From IMG/VR virus record IMGVR_UViG_3300005466_000024, positions 1 through 64,000 of that record: a DNA stretch of 64,000 nt, one strand, 5' to 3'. Shown in pieces: positions 9,493 to 18,067 of this stretch (the stretch's first letter is position 1; each line of letters begins with the position of its first letter). The notes beneath the pieces are model-generated. The model was not told the DNA's origin, ran no database searches, and was given only the letters and a program-made list of their open reading frames with translations. The stretch comes from a virus. The translations under genes and the position numbers were made by a program.

Positions 9493-9542
9493 AGCCTCGT
9501 AACGGGCATCGCCCGTGTCCCGGTGGGGTCGGGTAGGAGGTT

Positions 9543-10823
9543 CTACCCCTTCGCTCGGCTCTCCAACCGTTCCCTCAGTGTGCCGTATTCGGTCTTGCCC
9601 GGCCCTACCACCTGGGCCTCATTGGCCGGTGCGCCCGCAGTCGGTGCGGACGAGGCCGGTGCGGATGGCGGTGGTGCGGACGAGGCCGGTGGCGTGGTCA
9701 CTGGGTCGGGGTTGTGGGTGGTTGCGGCGTGGAACTCGCCGTAACCGGTGTTACCGAGCCCGGCGGGAGCGTTGCCGAACCCGCCAGCCACGGAACCGGC
9801 GGTAGCAACGGGAGCCACCACCGGTCCCGCGTACTGCGGCGGGGGTGCGTACTGGGGTGGCGGTGGTGGGGCGTACTGCTGCGGTGGCGGCGGTGGGGCG
9901 TACTGCTGTTGTGGGGCGTACTGCTGCGGCGGCGGTGGCGGCGCGTACTGCTGTTGTGGGGCGTACTGCGGCGGGGGTGCGTACTGCTGGGGGGCGCCTC
10001 CGGCCCCAGCGGGAATGTTGTCGAGGTTCAACCACTTCCTGATCCACTGCTCGCTGCCGAAATAGTCGGCCCAGTCGTCCAGCGTGCGCGGGCAGAAGAG
10101 GAACCGCTGAGGATCCTCGTTGTTCCACGGCGGCCGACTCTGGCCGGGGGGCACATGCTGATCACACTGATAGCCGTAGAACTGCTCGACGGTGCCAGGG
10201 TCGCGCAGCGCATCAATGGCCGGGAAGGGCACCATCGAATAGTCCTTCTGCCCGGTACGGATGATCTCTATGTCGTAGGTACACGGATCCCCGTAGCGAC
10301 GGGCAATACCCGCGATGTGCGACCAGAAGTTGCTCTCGGACTGCTGCACGAGTCCGAACAGTCGGGCTGGCAACTGCTGGTTCTCGACCGTCTCGTAGTA
10401 CTCGTCATCGACCACCTCCGTCTGCGCCCCGGTCGTCCCTGCAACGAGGCGTTCCTTGCGCACTACCGCGATACCAATGGTCTGTTCGCGCGTCTCCGGT
10501 TCCTTGAGTGCATTCGAACCGTATTCCCTCATCATGCCGATGGTGGAGCCAACGGCAGCGGCGGCGGCCCGGTACTTCGCGACAAGATCCCCCCTGCGCG
10601 GGTCGAAGATGAACGTACGGACGGACCCGTCGTTGCAGATGACGCCGTTGTAGAAGTGGGCGGTGATGAAGTGGTCGCTGTGATGCACGAAGCGGATGAT
10701 CTTCTTCTCGCCGGGCTTCCACTTCATGCCGCGCAGGGAACCGCCCCCGCCGGTGCCGACACTGGCCGCGCGCTCCTTACCGCGCTCCACGGCCTCCTGC
10801 ATTGCTGCCAAACCTGTCTTCAT
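9543..10823 (-). CDS. Probable phage ssDNA-binding protein with Pro/Gln/Tyr low-complexity tail
   Basis: Between primase and DnaE; KKIIRF, YDIEIIRTG...DYS pattern reminiscent of gp32-like SSBs; APPPPPQQY/APQQQY repeats; strong RBS. Confidence 0.5.
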   Translation of the reverse strand: MKTGLAAMQEAVERGKERAASVGTGGGGSLRGMKWKPGEKKIIRFVHHSDHFITAHFYNGVICNDGSVRTFIFDPRRGDLVAKYRAAAAAVGSTIGMMREYGSNALKEPETREQTIGIAVVRKERLVAGTTGAQTEVVDDEYYETVENQQLPARLFGLVQQSESNFWSHIAGIARRYGDPCTYDIEIIRTGQKDYSMVPFPAIDALRDPGTVEQFYGYQCDQHVPPGQSRPPWNNEDPQRFLFCPRTLDDWADYFGSEQWIRKWLNLDNIPAGAGGAPQQYAPPPQYAPQQQYAPPPPPQQYAPQQQYAPPPPPQQYAPPPPPQYAPPPQYAGPVVAPVATAGSVAGGFGNAPAGLGNTGYGEFHAATTHNPDPVTTPPASSAPPPSAPASSAPTAGAPANEAQVVGPGKTEYGTLRERLESRAKG

Positions 10824-10838
10824 TTTTTGTTTTTCCTT

Positions 10839-10931
10839 CTGTGCTACCGGGATACAGGTGCTGGATTGATCTGGTGTGTGCTGTGCTACTGGGCTACAGG
10901 TGCTGGATTGATCTGGTGTGTGCTGTGCTAC
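10839..10931. repeat. 42-bp tandem repeat, about 2.2 copies, upstream of SSB-like gene
   Basis: CTGTGCTACYGGGMTACAGGTGCTGGATTGATCTGGTGTGTG at 10839-10880 and 10881-10922 (2 mismatches), plus partial CTGTGCTAC at 10923-10931. Confidence 0.9.
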
Positions 10932-10981
10932 TTGCAGTGTAGATGCGATCTGCGCATTGTGACCTGATTATGGGTCCTGTT

Positions 10982-11242
10982 TTACACGCACCTCTTCTCT
11001 GCGGGGACGGCTGGGTGCCCGGTCAGACTGGCTCGTTTGGTGTCGAGTCGACGGCACTGGCACTCCTGTAGTTCTTGGTGGCGGACCCACCGGTCGCCCT
11101 GCTCTGCCTGTAGTTTCTCGCGCAGCGGGGACCTGTCGGCAAGGAGCACGACTTTACCCTGGGGGTGTGACGCGTCTGGCGCGAAACGCCGCACGTGATA
11201 GCCGTCCGGCAATGTCTCGATCACGGGGTCCGTCTCGCCCAT
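10982..11242 (-). CDS. Hypothetical protein (86 aa)
   Basis: RBS GAGGGAG; co-oriented directly downstream of primase. Confidence 0.55.
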   Translation of the reverse strand: MGETDPVIETLPDGYHVRRFAPDASHPQGKVVLLADRSPLREKLQAEQGDRWVRHQELQECQCRRLDTKRASLTGHPAVPAEKRCV

Positions 11243-11260
11243 GGGGATTTCTCCCTCGAA

Positions 11261-12337
11261 CTACCGCCGATATCGTTCGGCTCGAGCATATTCTGCCATC
11301 CGGACGGTAGCCGGTATGGCTGACAGCAGTTTAGCCTGCACCTGCTCCGGCGCGTCGCAATCACCGAGGTCCCTGTCCGTGTCGGGGATGACGACTCCGA
11401 TGATGTCGGGCCCGCGTTGATAGAGCCGTTCCAGTAGCTGGCGCACACCCTTCTCGCCGGCGGGACCGGAATCGAACCACAGGATGATGTGCCGGAAACC
11501 GCGTCGCAGCAGCAGTTCGGCCTGTCGCGCACTGGTCTTGGCGCCCCACGTGGACACGGTGTTGGGGAATCCAAGGCTGACGGCCTTGGCCACGCTCATC
11601 GGGGACTCCACGACCACGACCCGGCCACCGGTCACGTTGTCGAGGTTGAAGATGGTTTCCGATTTCGGGAAACCCGCCGCGTTGAGGTACTTCGGGCCGG
11701 GCGGCACCGTGCCCGGCCACCGTCCGGGCCGATCGGGAATGGCACGCTTCTGCCAGCCCACCAGCCGCCCCTCGTGGAACGCGGGGAACACCACCCGGTT
11801 GGCCTGCGGATCGTAACCGATCCGCAGCCGCCGACAGGTTTCGGGATCGATCCCACGCTCCTCGTACAGATAGGGGTGGATCGCATCCCAGTTGTCGAGG
11901 ATGCGTTCGGAGTAGCACGCCATCTCAAGGGGGGCACCGGGCCCGGCGAGTATCCGTTCTGCCTTGGCCCGGAAGTCGTCGATGTCGGTGGCGGCAGCGG
12001 TGAAGAACTGCCCGACATGGGGCAACACGTCGGTCAGTTCCTGGTCGTGCAGCTTGGCCAGCAAGTGCAGCAGGTCACCACTCCACCCACCGGACCTGCA
12101 GTGATATAGCTTCTTCTCCAGGTTCAGCGACGCGCTCGGATGTGCGTCACCGTTGGTGTGGTGCGGTTCGACCCGGTCGATGAGGCAGGAGTGCCGGATC
12201 TCGGTGGTCCCGTCGTCGCCGAACCCCTCCGTACAGTTCTCGGCGTGGTACTTCTCGAGGATCGCGCGTCCGTCGATGTGTTGTAGGTATTGGCGATACA
12301 TGCTGCGGTGCAGCATGTCCTGTAGCCCGGTTTTCAT
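11261..12337 (-). CDS. dnaG: DNA primase (CHC2-like Zn finger plus TOPRIM)
   Basis: HSCL...H...PSASLNLEKKLYHC; VVFP; KYLN; VVVVESPMSV; ILWFDSGPAGEKG; DLGD. Confidence 0.85.
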   Translation of the reverse strand: MKTGLQDMLHRSMYRQYLQHIDGRAILEKYHAENCTEGFGDDGTTEIRHSCLIDRVEPHHTNGDAHPSASLNLEKKLYHCRSGGWSGDLLHLLAKLHDQELTDVLPHVGQFFTAAATDIDDFRAKAERILAGPGAPLEMACYSERILDNWDAIHPYLYEERGIDPETCRRLRIGYDPQANRVVFPAFHEGRLVGWQKRAIPDRPGRWPGTVPPGPKYLNAAGFPKSETIFNLDNVTGGRVVVVESPMSVAKAVSLGFPNTVSTWGAKTSARQAELLLRRGFRHIILWFDSGPAGEKGVRQLLERLYQRGPDIIGVVIPDTDRDLGDCDAPEQVQAKLLSAIPATVRMAEYARAERYRR

Positions 12338-12501
12338 GGTCCGGACAGCCTTTCCTTCAGTCTTTCGATGAGCATGTCGTTGAAGTGCGCCACCCGCTGG
12401 CCGGCGGTTTCAGCGTCCACCACACCCTCGGCCACGACGTCTTCGACGGCCTTCATCCCTGGGCAGGGCGCGCCTACTTCGACGAGATCGTCACTCGGCA
12501 C
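12334..12501 (-). CDS. Small hypothetical protein (55 aa)
   Basis: GTG 12501 just after the upstream stop; MPSDDLVEVGAPCPGM...; overlaps primase start. Confidence 0.45.
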   Translation of the reverse strand: MPSDDLVEVGAPCPGMKAVEDVVAEGVVDAETAGQRVAHFNDMLIERLKERLSGP

Positions 12502-12505
12502 GCCC

Positions 12506-13246
12506 TCACCTCCCTGGATAGCCGTCGGGGTAGAACGCGCAGGGCCCGCAGTGTCGGCGCCCTCCCGCATCGAACGTGTAGTAGTTGCCGCACCTGTTGC
12601 AGCACTTGCTGGCCACCATCGTGTTGGTCGTGACGGTGTACGTGTCGGTGGCGGCAATGGACAGTTGTGCATCGCCGCGGACTTCGATCCTGGCCACCGG
12701 GTCCATGTCCCGCCACACCGTCACCTCGGTCACCCTCGGTTCGATGAGGGGAAAGTAGGATCCGGCGGGCTGGGGGTTGGCGTTGAGCACGGCGGGGTAG
12801 TGCTGGTGCGGGGGGATGCCCCGGCCCTCGGCGGTGTAGCGGTGCATGAATACGTCGCAGTACATCCACATGTTCGCGTCGCCGGCGAAGGCCGTCCGCA
12901 TTTCCCGCCACACGTCGGGCACTGCGGCGATCAGCCGGGCATCGAATTTCACCAGTCCGAAGGGCGCGCAGCGGTCGGCGGCGCAGTCGATACCGGCGTC
13001 GTAGCCGAAGAAGCACCACGGTTCGCGGCAGGCCACCAGTTCCTCGATCGCTCCCGGCCAGGGCACGATGTCGTGTTCGAGGGAGATGAAGGTCTCCCCT
13101 TCGTCCCAGCGGGCCTGGAAGTACTCGGCGTAGGCCGCTCTGTCACCGGACACGTCCACGTAGTGGATGGGGTGTTTCTGGTGTGCCAGGAACACCCGTG
13201 TGGCCTCGCGCACATGGGTGTGCGGGACGTACACGGGTACCGTCAT
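12506..13246 (-). CDS. Glycosyltransferase-like (GT-A) protein with C-terminal CxxC...CxxC
   Basis: ATG 13246 overlaps dnaB stop (ATGA); FISLEHDIVP matches the FE(H/Q)DMI motif of the GT-like genes at 47845 and 48536; CNRC...CGPC zinc ribbon. Confidence 0.5.
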   Translation of the reverse strand: MTVPVYVPHTHVREATRVFLAHQKHPIHYVDVSGDRAAYAEYFQARWDEGETFISLEHDIVPWPGAIEELVACREPWCFFGYDAGIDCAADRCAPFGLVKFDARLIAAVPDVWREMRTAFAGDANMWMYCDVFMHRYTAEGRGIPPHQHYPAVLNANPQPAGSYFPLIEPRVTEVTVWRDMDPVARIEVRGDAQLSIAATDTYTVTTNTMVASKCCNRCGNYYTFDAGGRRHCGPCAFYPDGYPGR

Positions 13247-14604
13247 CGCGAGTCGCCGGGGTAGATCCTGCCATCGATGGCCATCTGGGTCATGCCCCGC
13301 AGCTGCCACTTCAGCATCCATTTGGCGGTGGCGCAGCGGCGCGCCCCCAGGATGGTCATCCTCATCATCTCGTTGTCGTATTCCTGGTCGGTACGCGAAA
13401 TGCCGAGCAGAATGTCGGCTTCCCGTTCGACCTCGGCGGCGTCGGCGAACGATTCGATGGTCAGCTCGGTGTCCCCGCGACGGGCCTGTACCGCGAGGAA
13501 GCAGGGGATCTCCATGCCGGGTCGGCTGATCTCGTCGTGCAGGTTCTTCAGAATCGAGGCGTATTGTTCCTTGCGGTTGGGGGTGGTGTGCCCGGCCTCC
13601 ATGTGACTGAGCTGGTCGATGAGCATATAGTCGCAACCGGCCTGGCGTGCCCGTGCACACAGGTGCGCCGGTGTGCGCTCACCCCGTTCGGGCCGCTCGA
13701 TCAGCAGGCCCCCGCAGTCGCGCAGGATCTCCTGCGTCTCGTACAGCGTCTGTTCCTCGTCGGGAAACAGACGCCCCTTGGACAACCGATCGTAGGACAC
13801 CCCGGACAGAATCGCATCGGCACGGTCCTGCATGTCGCCCAGCGACACCTCCAGGCTGTAGACGATCGGTTTGTGCCCCTTGCTGACGGCGTTGAGTGCC
13901 GCGTTGAGCAGCATGAACGTCTTCCCTGTCTTTGCCATCGCCCCGACCACCGCCAGTTCGCCGGGCAGCAGGCTGCCGGTGTGAAAGTCCAACTCATCGA
14001 AGCCCAGCGTCACCCCCAGTCCCTGGGGGTTCTCCCGGCGCTTGGCGTAGCGTTCGCGGCGTTCGGCGATGGTGTCGGCCATGTTGACCCGGCTCAGCCG
14101 GGCCACCGTCGATTCCTTGAGCGCAAAACCAGCTGTCGTGAGGGTGTGCAGTGTGCCCTCGGGATCCTCGACCAGTGTGGTCAGTGACCCCATCACCACG
14201 TCCTGGAGTTGGCGTCGCAGGAACCGGCGTTTGATCTCCCCCGCAAGCCAGGTGGTGGACTCCTCGACGGCGGTCGGCAGCACCAGCCCAGAGAATTCGG
14301 TGGCCAGTACCAGTGCGGTGGGGGCGGCGGTCTTGGCGTTCTCCAGCCAGTAGGCCGTGGTGAAGTGGTACACGGCCTGGGTCAGCGGTTCGATGAAGTG
14401 CTCGGCGCGCAGTCCGATGTCCCAGGCCTTGCCGATCTCCTCGGGCACGAACAGCCGCCCCAGTAGGCACCGTTCGACATCGAGTGGTTGTTCGGTCAGG
14501 GGGCTGGCCCACACCTGCCCGGCAAGGTCGACCTGACCGGCGGCTGCCTCGACCGGCGCTCCATTCAGCGGCGGCGCCCCGAGGCGTCGCCCCAGCTCCG
14601 CCAC
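13243..14604 (-). CDS. dnaB: DnaB-like replicative helicase
   Basis: GVTLGFDELD...LLPGELAVVGAMAKTGKT (Walker A), YSLEVS, IDQLSHM (Walker B), AVQARR, EREADI. Confidence 0.9.
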   Translation of the reverse strand: MAELGRRLGAPPLNGAPVEAAAGQVDLAGQVWASPLTEQPLDVERCLLGRLFVPEEIGKAWDIGLRAEHFIEPLTQAVYHFTTAYWLENAKTAAPTALVLATEFSGLVLPTAVEESTTWLAGEIKRRFLRRQLQDVVMGSLTTLVEDPEGTLHTLTTAGFALKESTVARLSRVNMADTIAERRERYAKRRENPQGLGVTLGFDELDFHTGSLLPGELAVVGAMAKTGKTFMLLNAALNAVSKGHKPIVYSLEVSLGDMQDRADAILSGVSYDRLSKGRLFPDEEQTLYETQEILRDCGGLLIERPERGERTPAHLCARARQAGCDYMLIDQLSHMEAGHTTPNRKEQYASILKNLHDEISRPGMEIPCFLAVQARRGDTELTIESFADAAEVEREADILLGISRTDQEYDNEMMRMTILGARRCATAKWMLKWQLRGMTQMAIDGRIYPGDSR

Positions 14605-14610
14605 TGCGGA

Positions 14611-15048
14611 TCAGTCCGTGTCTCGTTTGTGCCGACTGGATGGCGGCGCGGGCAGCACGTGGTGCAACAGCTCGGTTTGGCCCCGCTCCACCCGGTCGAT
14701 GATTTCCAGGTAGGCCTTCATCTCAAGTTCGGTCAGGTCGTGACGGCGGTAGCGCGCCAGCGCAATGTCGCGAATGTCCTCAAGGGTGAACCGGCGTTCC
14801 TTGCGGGCCCCGTGCCGCTTGGGCGCGATGGCGCTGCCGTCGGCACGCGTCCACGGCGCCGCGACGAACACCCCATCGGAGCGCTGCTTCTTGCGCAGCC
14901 CCCAGTGCACCCACGTGGGAGCCCTGCCGAAGAACTCCGCCACTTCGGGAGTGGTGTAGGTCTTGACCAGATCCGCCGGCCACTCCCCTACGTCATGATC
15001 ATGAACGTCATGAATTTGTGCGCTCACCACACTCATCACCTCACCCAC
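14611..15048 (-). CDS. Helix-turn-helix DNA-binding protein (MerR/Xis-like)
   Basis: YTTPEVAEFFGRAPTWVHW helix-turn-helix and RRFTLEDIRDI wing. Confidence 0.65.
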   Translation of the reverse strand: MGEVMSVVSAQIHDVHDHDVGEWPADLVKTYTTPEVAEFFGRAPTWVHWGLRKKQRSDGVFVAAPWTRADGSAIAPKRHGARKERRFTLEDIRDIALARYRRHDLTELEMKAYLEIIDRVERGQTELLHHVLPAPPSSRHKRDTD

Positions 15049-15520
15049 TAGACCCTTCTACCCCGTACTGCGTCTGCACGTGCACCCGCAGTTCCATGAG
15101 CAGTTTCCCGAGCCAGTTCTCCCCGGGGGTCGCCTGGTGTTCCGGACACCGGCAGTCGCCCCAGAACTGGTCGTGCCATGTGTTGCCCTCGATCAGTGTC
15201 GCGTCGCCGGTTTGCGCCAGTCGGCGGCCCAACTCCGGATGTTGTTCGAACTTGGCCCTCAGTACTTCTGCCATGGCGCGGGTGCGCATGTCCTCCCAGT
15301 CGCCCACCAACTTCACCTGCCGCCCGCGGCGCTTGGCCTCCCCGGCGCTGGGCGCCGACGCGATGTAGTGCTCGTCGGCGGCACTGGTGGCTTTCAGGCT
15401 CTGGAACGCATGCTCGGCGGTGGCGCAGACGAAGCCGTCGTCCAGCACCGTCAACGGGCTGGGATGGAAGTTGCTCAGGAACGCGTACGCCCCGCGGAAC
15501 TCATCGATCACAGTGGTCAC
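15041..15520 (-). CDS. NADAR (YbiA-like) family hydrolase
   Basis: FLSNFHPSP, TAEHAFQSLK, AKRRGR, AKFEQH, LIEGN-WHDQFWG, GENWLGKLLMELR: all hallmark NADAR motifs. Confidence 0.9.
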   Translation of the reverse strand: MTTVIDEFRGAYAFLSNFHPSPLTVLDDGFVCATAEHAFQSLKATSAADEHYIASAPSAGEAKRRGRQVKLVGDWEDMRTRAMAEVLRAKFEQHPELGRRLAQTGDATLIEGNTWHDQFWGDCRCPEHQATPGENWLGKLLMELRVHVQTQYGVEGSSG

Positions 15521-16251
15521 GTCTGCTCTTGGGCCGGGTAGTAGTTGTGCACGGCGAGCTTGGGGGTCTTCGTCTCGCCGGGGATCAGGCAGTCGGCCCC
15601 CACGTCCAGCAGTGCGGGATCACGCCGGGCCAGTGCGAAGAACTTGTCCAGGTTGAAGACGTATTCCCGGTGGGCGGGCACCGGCGGGGGTGTGTACTCC
15701 TCGTACTCGATGACGTCGCAGACCTGTTCCCAGCGCTCCCCCAGGGCCTGCGCCAGCATCTCCTCGTCGAAGTGCGGCGTGGTGCGCCCGCAGCCCTGCC
15801 GGGCGAATCGCTTGCCCAGCGCCGGGGCCGGCAGGTCGCCGTTGGTGTTCTCCGGATCCTTGACACCCTGCTCGCGCAGCTTTGTGGTGATGGCGGCGAA
15901 CAGCACCTCACGAACCATTTCGGCGCGGGCCTTGAGCAGTGCATCGAGGTTGGCGCGGCCGAGGTGCTCGCGCATCAGTGCCTCGATGCGTTCGTCGGTC
16001 AGCTCGGGGTCGTCGGGGGTGACCTGGTTCTTGAAGATCAGGTCGATGAGTTCGACTGCCTCTTCCTGCAGGTCCATGAACGCCGCCTGGTCGAGCGTTT
16101 CGATGGTCTTGCGGTGGGCGGCCTTGCGAGCGGCGGCGGTGTCGGTGCGACCGGCGGCGACCTGCTTGACTGCGCGCTCCTCCAGCAGCGCCAGCATCGT
16201 CTCGCGCTTCTCGTCCGTCACCAGCTCGAACGACTCGCTCATGGCGTCCAT
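15517..16251 (-). CDS. Hypothetical phage protein (244 aa)
   Basis: Coupled to NADAR by overlap; RBS GAAGGGAG; AT-rich promoter-like sequence upstream (16260-16295). Confidence 0.7.
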   Translation of the reverse strand: MDAMSESFELVTDEKRETMLALLEERAVKQVAAGRTDTAAARKAAHRKTIETLDQAAFMDLQEEAVELIDLIFKNQVTPDDPELTDERIEALMREHLGRANLDALLKARAEMVREVLFAAITTKLREQGVKDPENTNGDLPAPALGKRFARQGCGRTTPHFDEEMLAQALGERWEQVCDVIEYEEYTPPPVPAHREYVFNLDKFFALARRDPALLDVGADCLIPGETKTPKLAVHNYYPAQEQT

Positions 16252-16323
16252 CTCCCTTCGGATACTTATCCTACAGCATAGCTATAGTAACCGATGAGAT
16301 CGGGTCTTGGGCGTGTCGCGGCA

Positions 16324-16620
16324 TCACTCGCCGCGGCGGGCCTGCTCCAGCCTCTCGCGCGACTTGCAGATCAGATCCTCCAGGACGCTGTTCCCGACCA
16401 CCGTCATCGCCCCGTAGCGCAATACGACCTCGTCCTCGCTGGGGACCCCGTTCCAGGTGGCGCTGACCTCGGTGCCCAGTTTCAGCCAGTCGGTCGTCTG
16501 GCCGGTGGCGGGATCGATCACGCTGATGGTGCCCCCCACCCGGATACTCAGTTGGAACTTCTCGACTTCCGGCTCGGCCCGCACTTCGGGTACCCGTGGC
16601 CCATCATCATAGCTGCTCAT
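16324..16620 (-). CDS. Hypothetical protein (98 aa)
   Basis: Part of a chain of overlapping minus-strand ORFs with phage-like composition. Confidence 0.6.
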   Translation of the reverse strand: MSSYDDGPRVPEVRAEPEVEKFQLSIRVGGTISVIDPATGQTTDWLKLGTEVSATWNGVPSEDEVVLRYGAMTVVGNSVLEDLICKSRERLEQARRGE

Positions 16621-16987
16621 TCCGTACCGCCGCGCTTTCCTGGAGTTCGCCGATCTTCAAGAGAAGCGAGTCCTCCATGAGTCGTCGCTCGATGGGTGTT
16701 AATCGCTCCTGTAATTCCCGCCCATAATACCAGTGCTCAATGAGCACGACGAGCATCTGTCCCAGGAAGTGCGCGGTTATCCGGCCCCACCGTTCCTCCG
16801 TCGTAGCCAGCGCCGCCCGCAGTGCTTCATCGACGGCGGCATCCCCGCCCATCTGCCGTTCGGCGTGCTCTGCCCAGGTTTCGAGGAACGCCCGAAACGC
16901 TGCATTGCGCGCCGCGGCGAGTTCGGTGTCCCCGCCACTCAGCTCGGCGCACAGCTGCTGCCACGATTCCTCCGAGGCGACCCTCAC
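16607..16987 (-). CDS. Hypothetical protein (126 aa)
   Basis: Overlaps neighbours on both sides; helical and acidic. Confidence 0.6.
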   Translation of the reverse strand: MRVASEESWQQLCAELSGGDTELAAARNAAFRAFLETWAEHAERQMGGDAAVDEALRAALATTEERWGRITAHFLGQMLVVLIEHWYYGRELQERLTPIERRLMEDSLLLKIGELQESAAVRNEQL

Positions 16988-17211
16988 CGACCCCGCTCCC
17001 GCTCACGCCGCCACCGCTCCTGCAGGTCGCACGCCTCGACCATGTCGTTCCATATCCCCTGGGCATGCCCCAGCCCGATCCCGCTGCACGCCAGTGAGGC
17101 CAGCACGAACCCCACCACGACCCACTGCAGGCCGAAACCGTTGCCCACGGCGGCCACACTGGCCAGCGCCACCGCGCACCAGCTCCATTTCTGGATGCCG
17201 CCGTCGTCCAT
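16984..17211 (-). CDS. Small two-TM membrane protein (75 aa)
   Basis: Two hydrophobic segments followed by a charged C-terminus. Confidence 0.55.
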   Translation of the reverse strand: MDDGGIQKWSWCAVALASVAAVGNGFGLQWVVVGFVLASLACSGIGLGHAQGIWNDMVEACDLQERWRRERERGR

Positions 17212-17448
17212 CTAGAGCTCGCCGACCCCGTCCCACGCCTGCGCCGCCAGCACCGCGTTGACGAACGCCTGTTCCATGCTGGTGCCGCTGTGGCCGAAGT
17301 AGCAGAACGCAGCATCGATGCACTGGTGTGCCCGGTCCGACCGCACCACCCGCCAGTTGTATACCATCCGCAGCACGTCGATACAGCGGTGTCCGCCGTC
17401 ACAGTCCCTGACGTGGAAACCGCCGTCGATCGGCTCCAGGTTCCTCAA
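17212..17448 (-). CDS. Hypothetical protein (78 aa)
   Basis: Abuts neighbours; MRNLEPIDGGFHVRDC... Confidence 0.55.
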   Translation of the reverse strand: MRNLEPIDGGFHVRDCDGGHRCIDVLRMVYNWRVVRSDRAHQCIDAAFCYFGHSGTSMEQAFVNAVLAAQAWDGVGEL

Positions 17449-17675
17449 CCGTAGGTGCCCGTGATGTACGCCACGATATTCCTCGTCAGACTGCGCTGAC
17501 GCGCCGATGCCTCTCGACGCAGTAGTTCATCGACGTCTTCGCCGATGCCCCGCCGGTGCTCCCACTCGATGATCCGGCACTGCCGCGCGCGTTCCTGTTC
17601 ATCGAGCTCCTCGGACTCCAGCACCGCCAACCGGTTCGTCCTGAGCTGTTCCCGATCCGCCAGACTGCGATCCAT
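17445..17675 (-). CDS. Hypothetical protein (76 aa)
   Basis: Probable start ATG 17675 (MDRSLADREQ...) with upstream GAGGGG; overlaps next gene. Confidence 0.5.
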   Translation of the reverse strand: MDRSLADREQLRTNRLAVLESEELDEQERARQCRIIEWEHRRGIGEDVDELLRREASARQRSLTRNIVAYITGTYG

Positions 17676-18067
17676 GACCCCTCGCCGACTCCGATGACTT
17701 CTCGCTGCCGGGCACACCCCTGCGGGGGTGCCCGCCGCCCCAGTCTGACAGACCCGCCGTGAAATCGGCTCGGGACCCTCCGGCGTGCTGCGGACAGAGA
17801 TCGGGCCTTGCCGGAAATGACCTCCCGGCCCGACCTCCCTTTTGCCTCCCACCGCGTGTCATCCCCGCGCCTTGTGACCCCCTGTCTTACTGCGACAAGG
17901 GGCTTCGGTCACCTTGACCCATGCCTCGCGAGGCCCACGGGTGGCTGCCGGTTCAGCGCTTGACGGTAGTGGTAGTCCAACCAGGCCGTGCCAGGTACCT
18001 GGCCAGTGCATACCGGAGGCAGTTGGTTTTCGACGGATTGCCCAAAGAACGTCGTCCATTACCAAAC

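Noticed and set aside
10839-10931. Possible CRISPR array, given the Cas4-like gene
   Set aside because: Repeats are directly adjacent with no spacers and only 2.2 copies; no cas1/cas2 present. Stand-alone Cas4-like nucleases are common in phages.
10809-12337. SSB-like protein and primase both start MKTGL
   Set aside because: Only five residues, different codons, no further similarity; probably chance, unlike the 15-residue ART leader.
17859-18065. 68-aa ORF in the divergent region
   Set aside because: No RBS or motif, and atypical composition; region better explained as regulatory or structured RNA.
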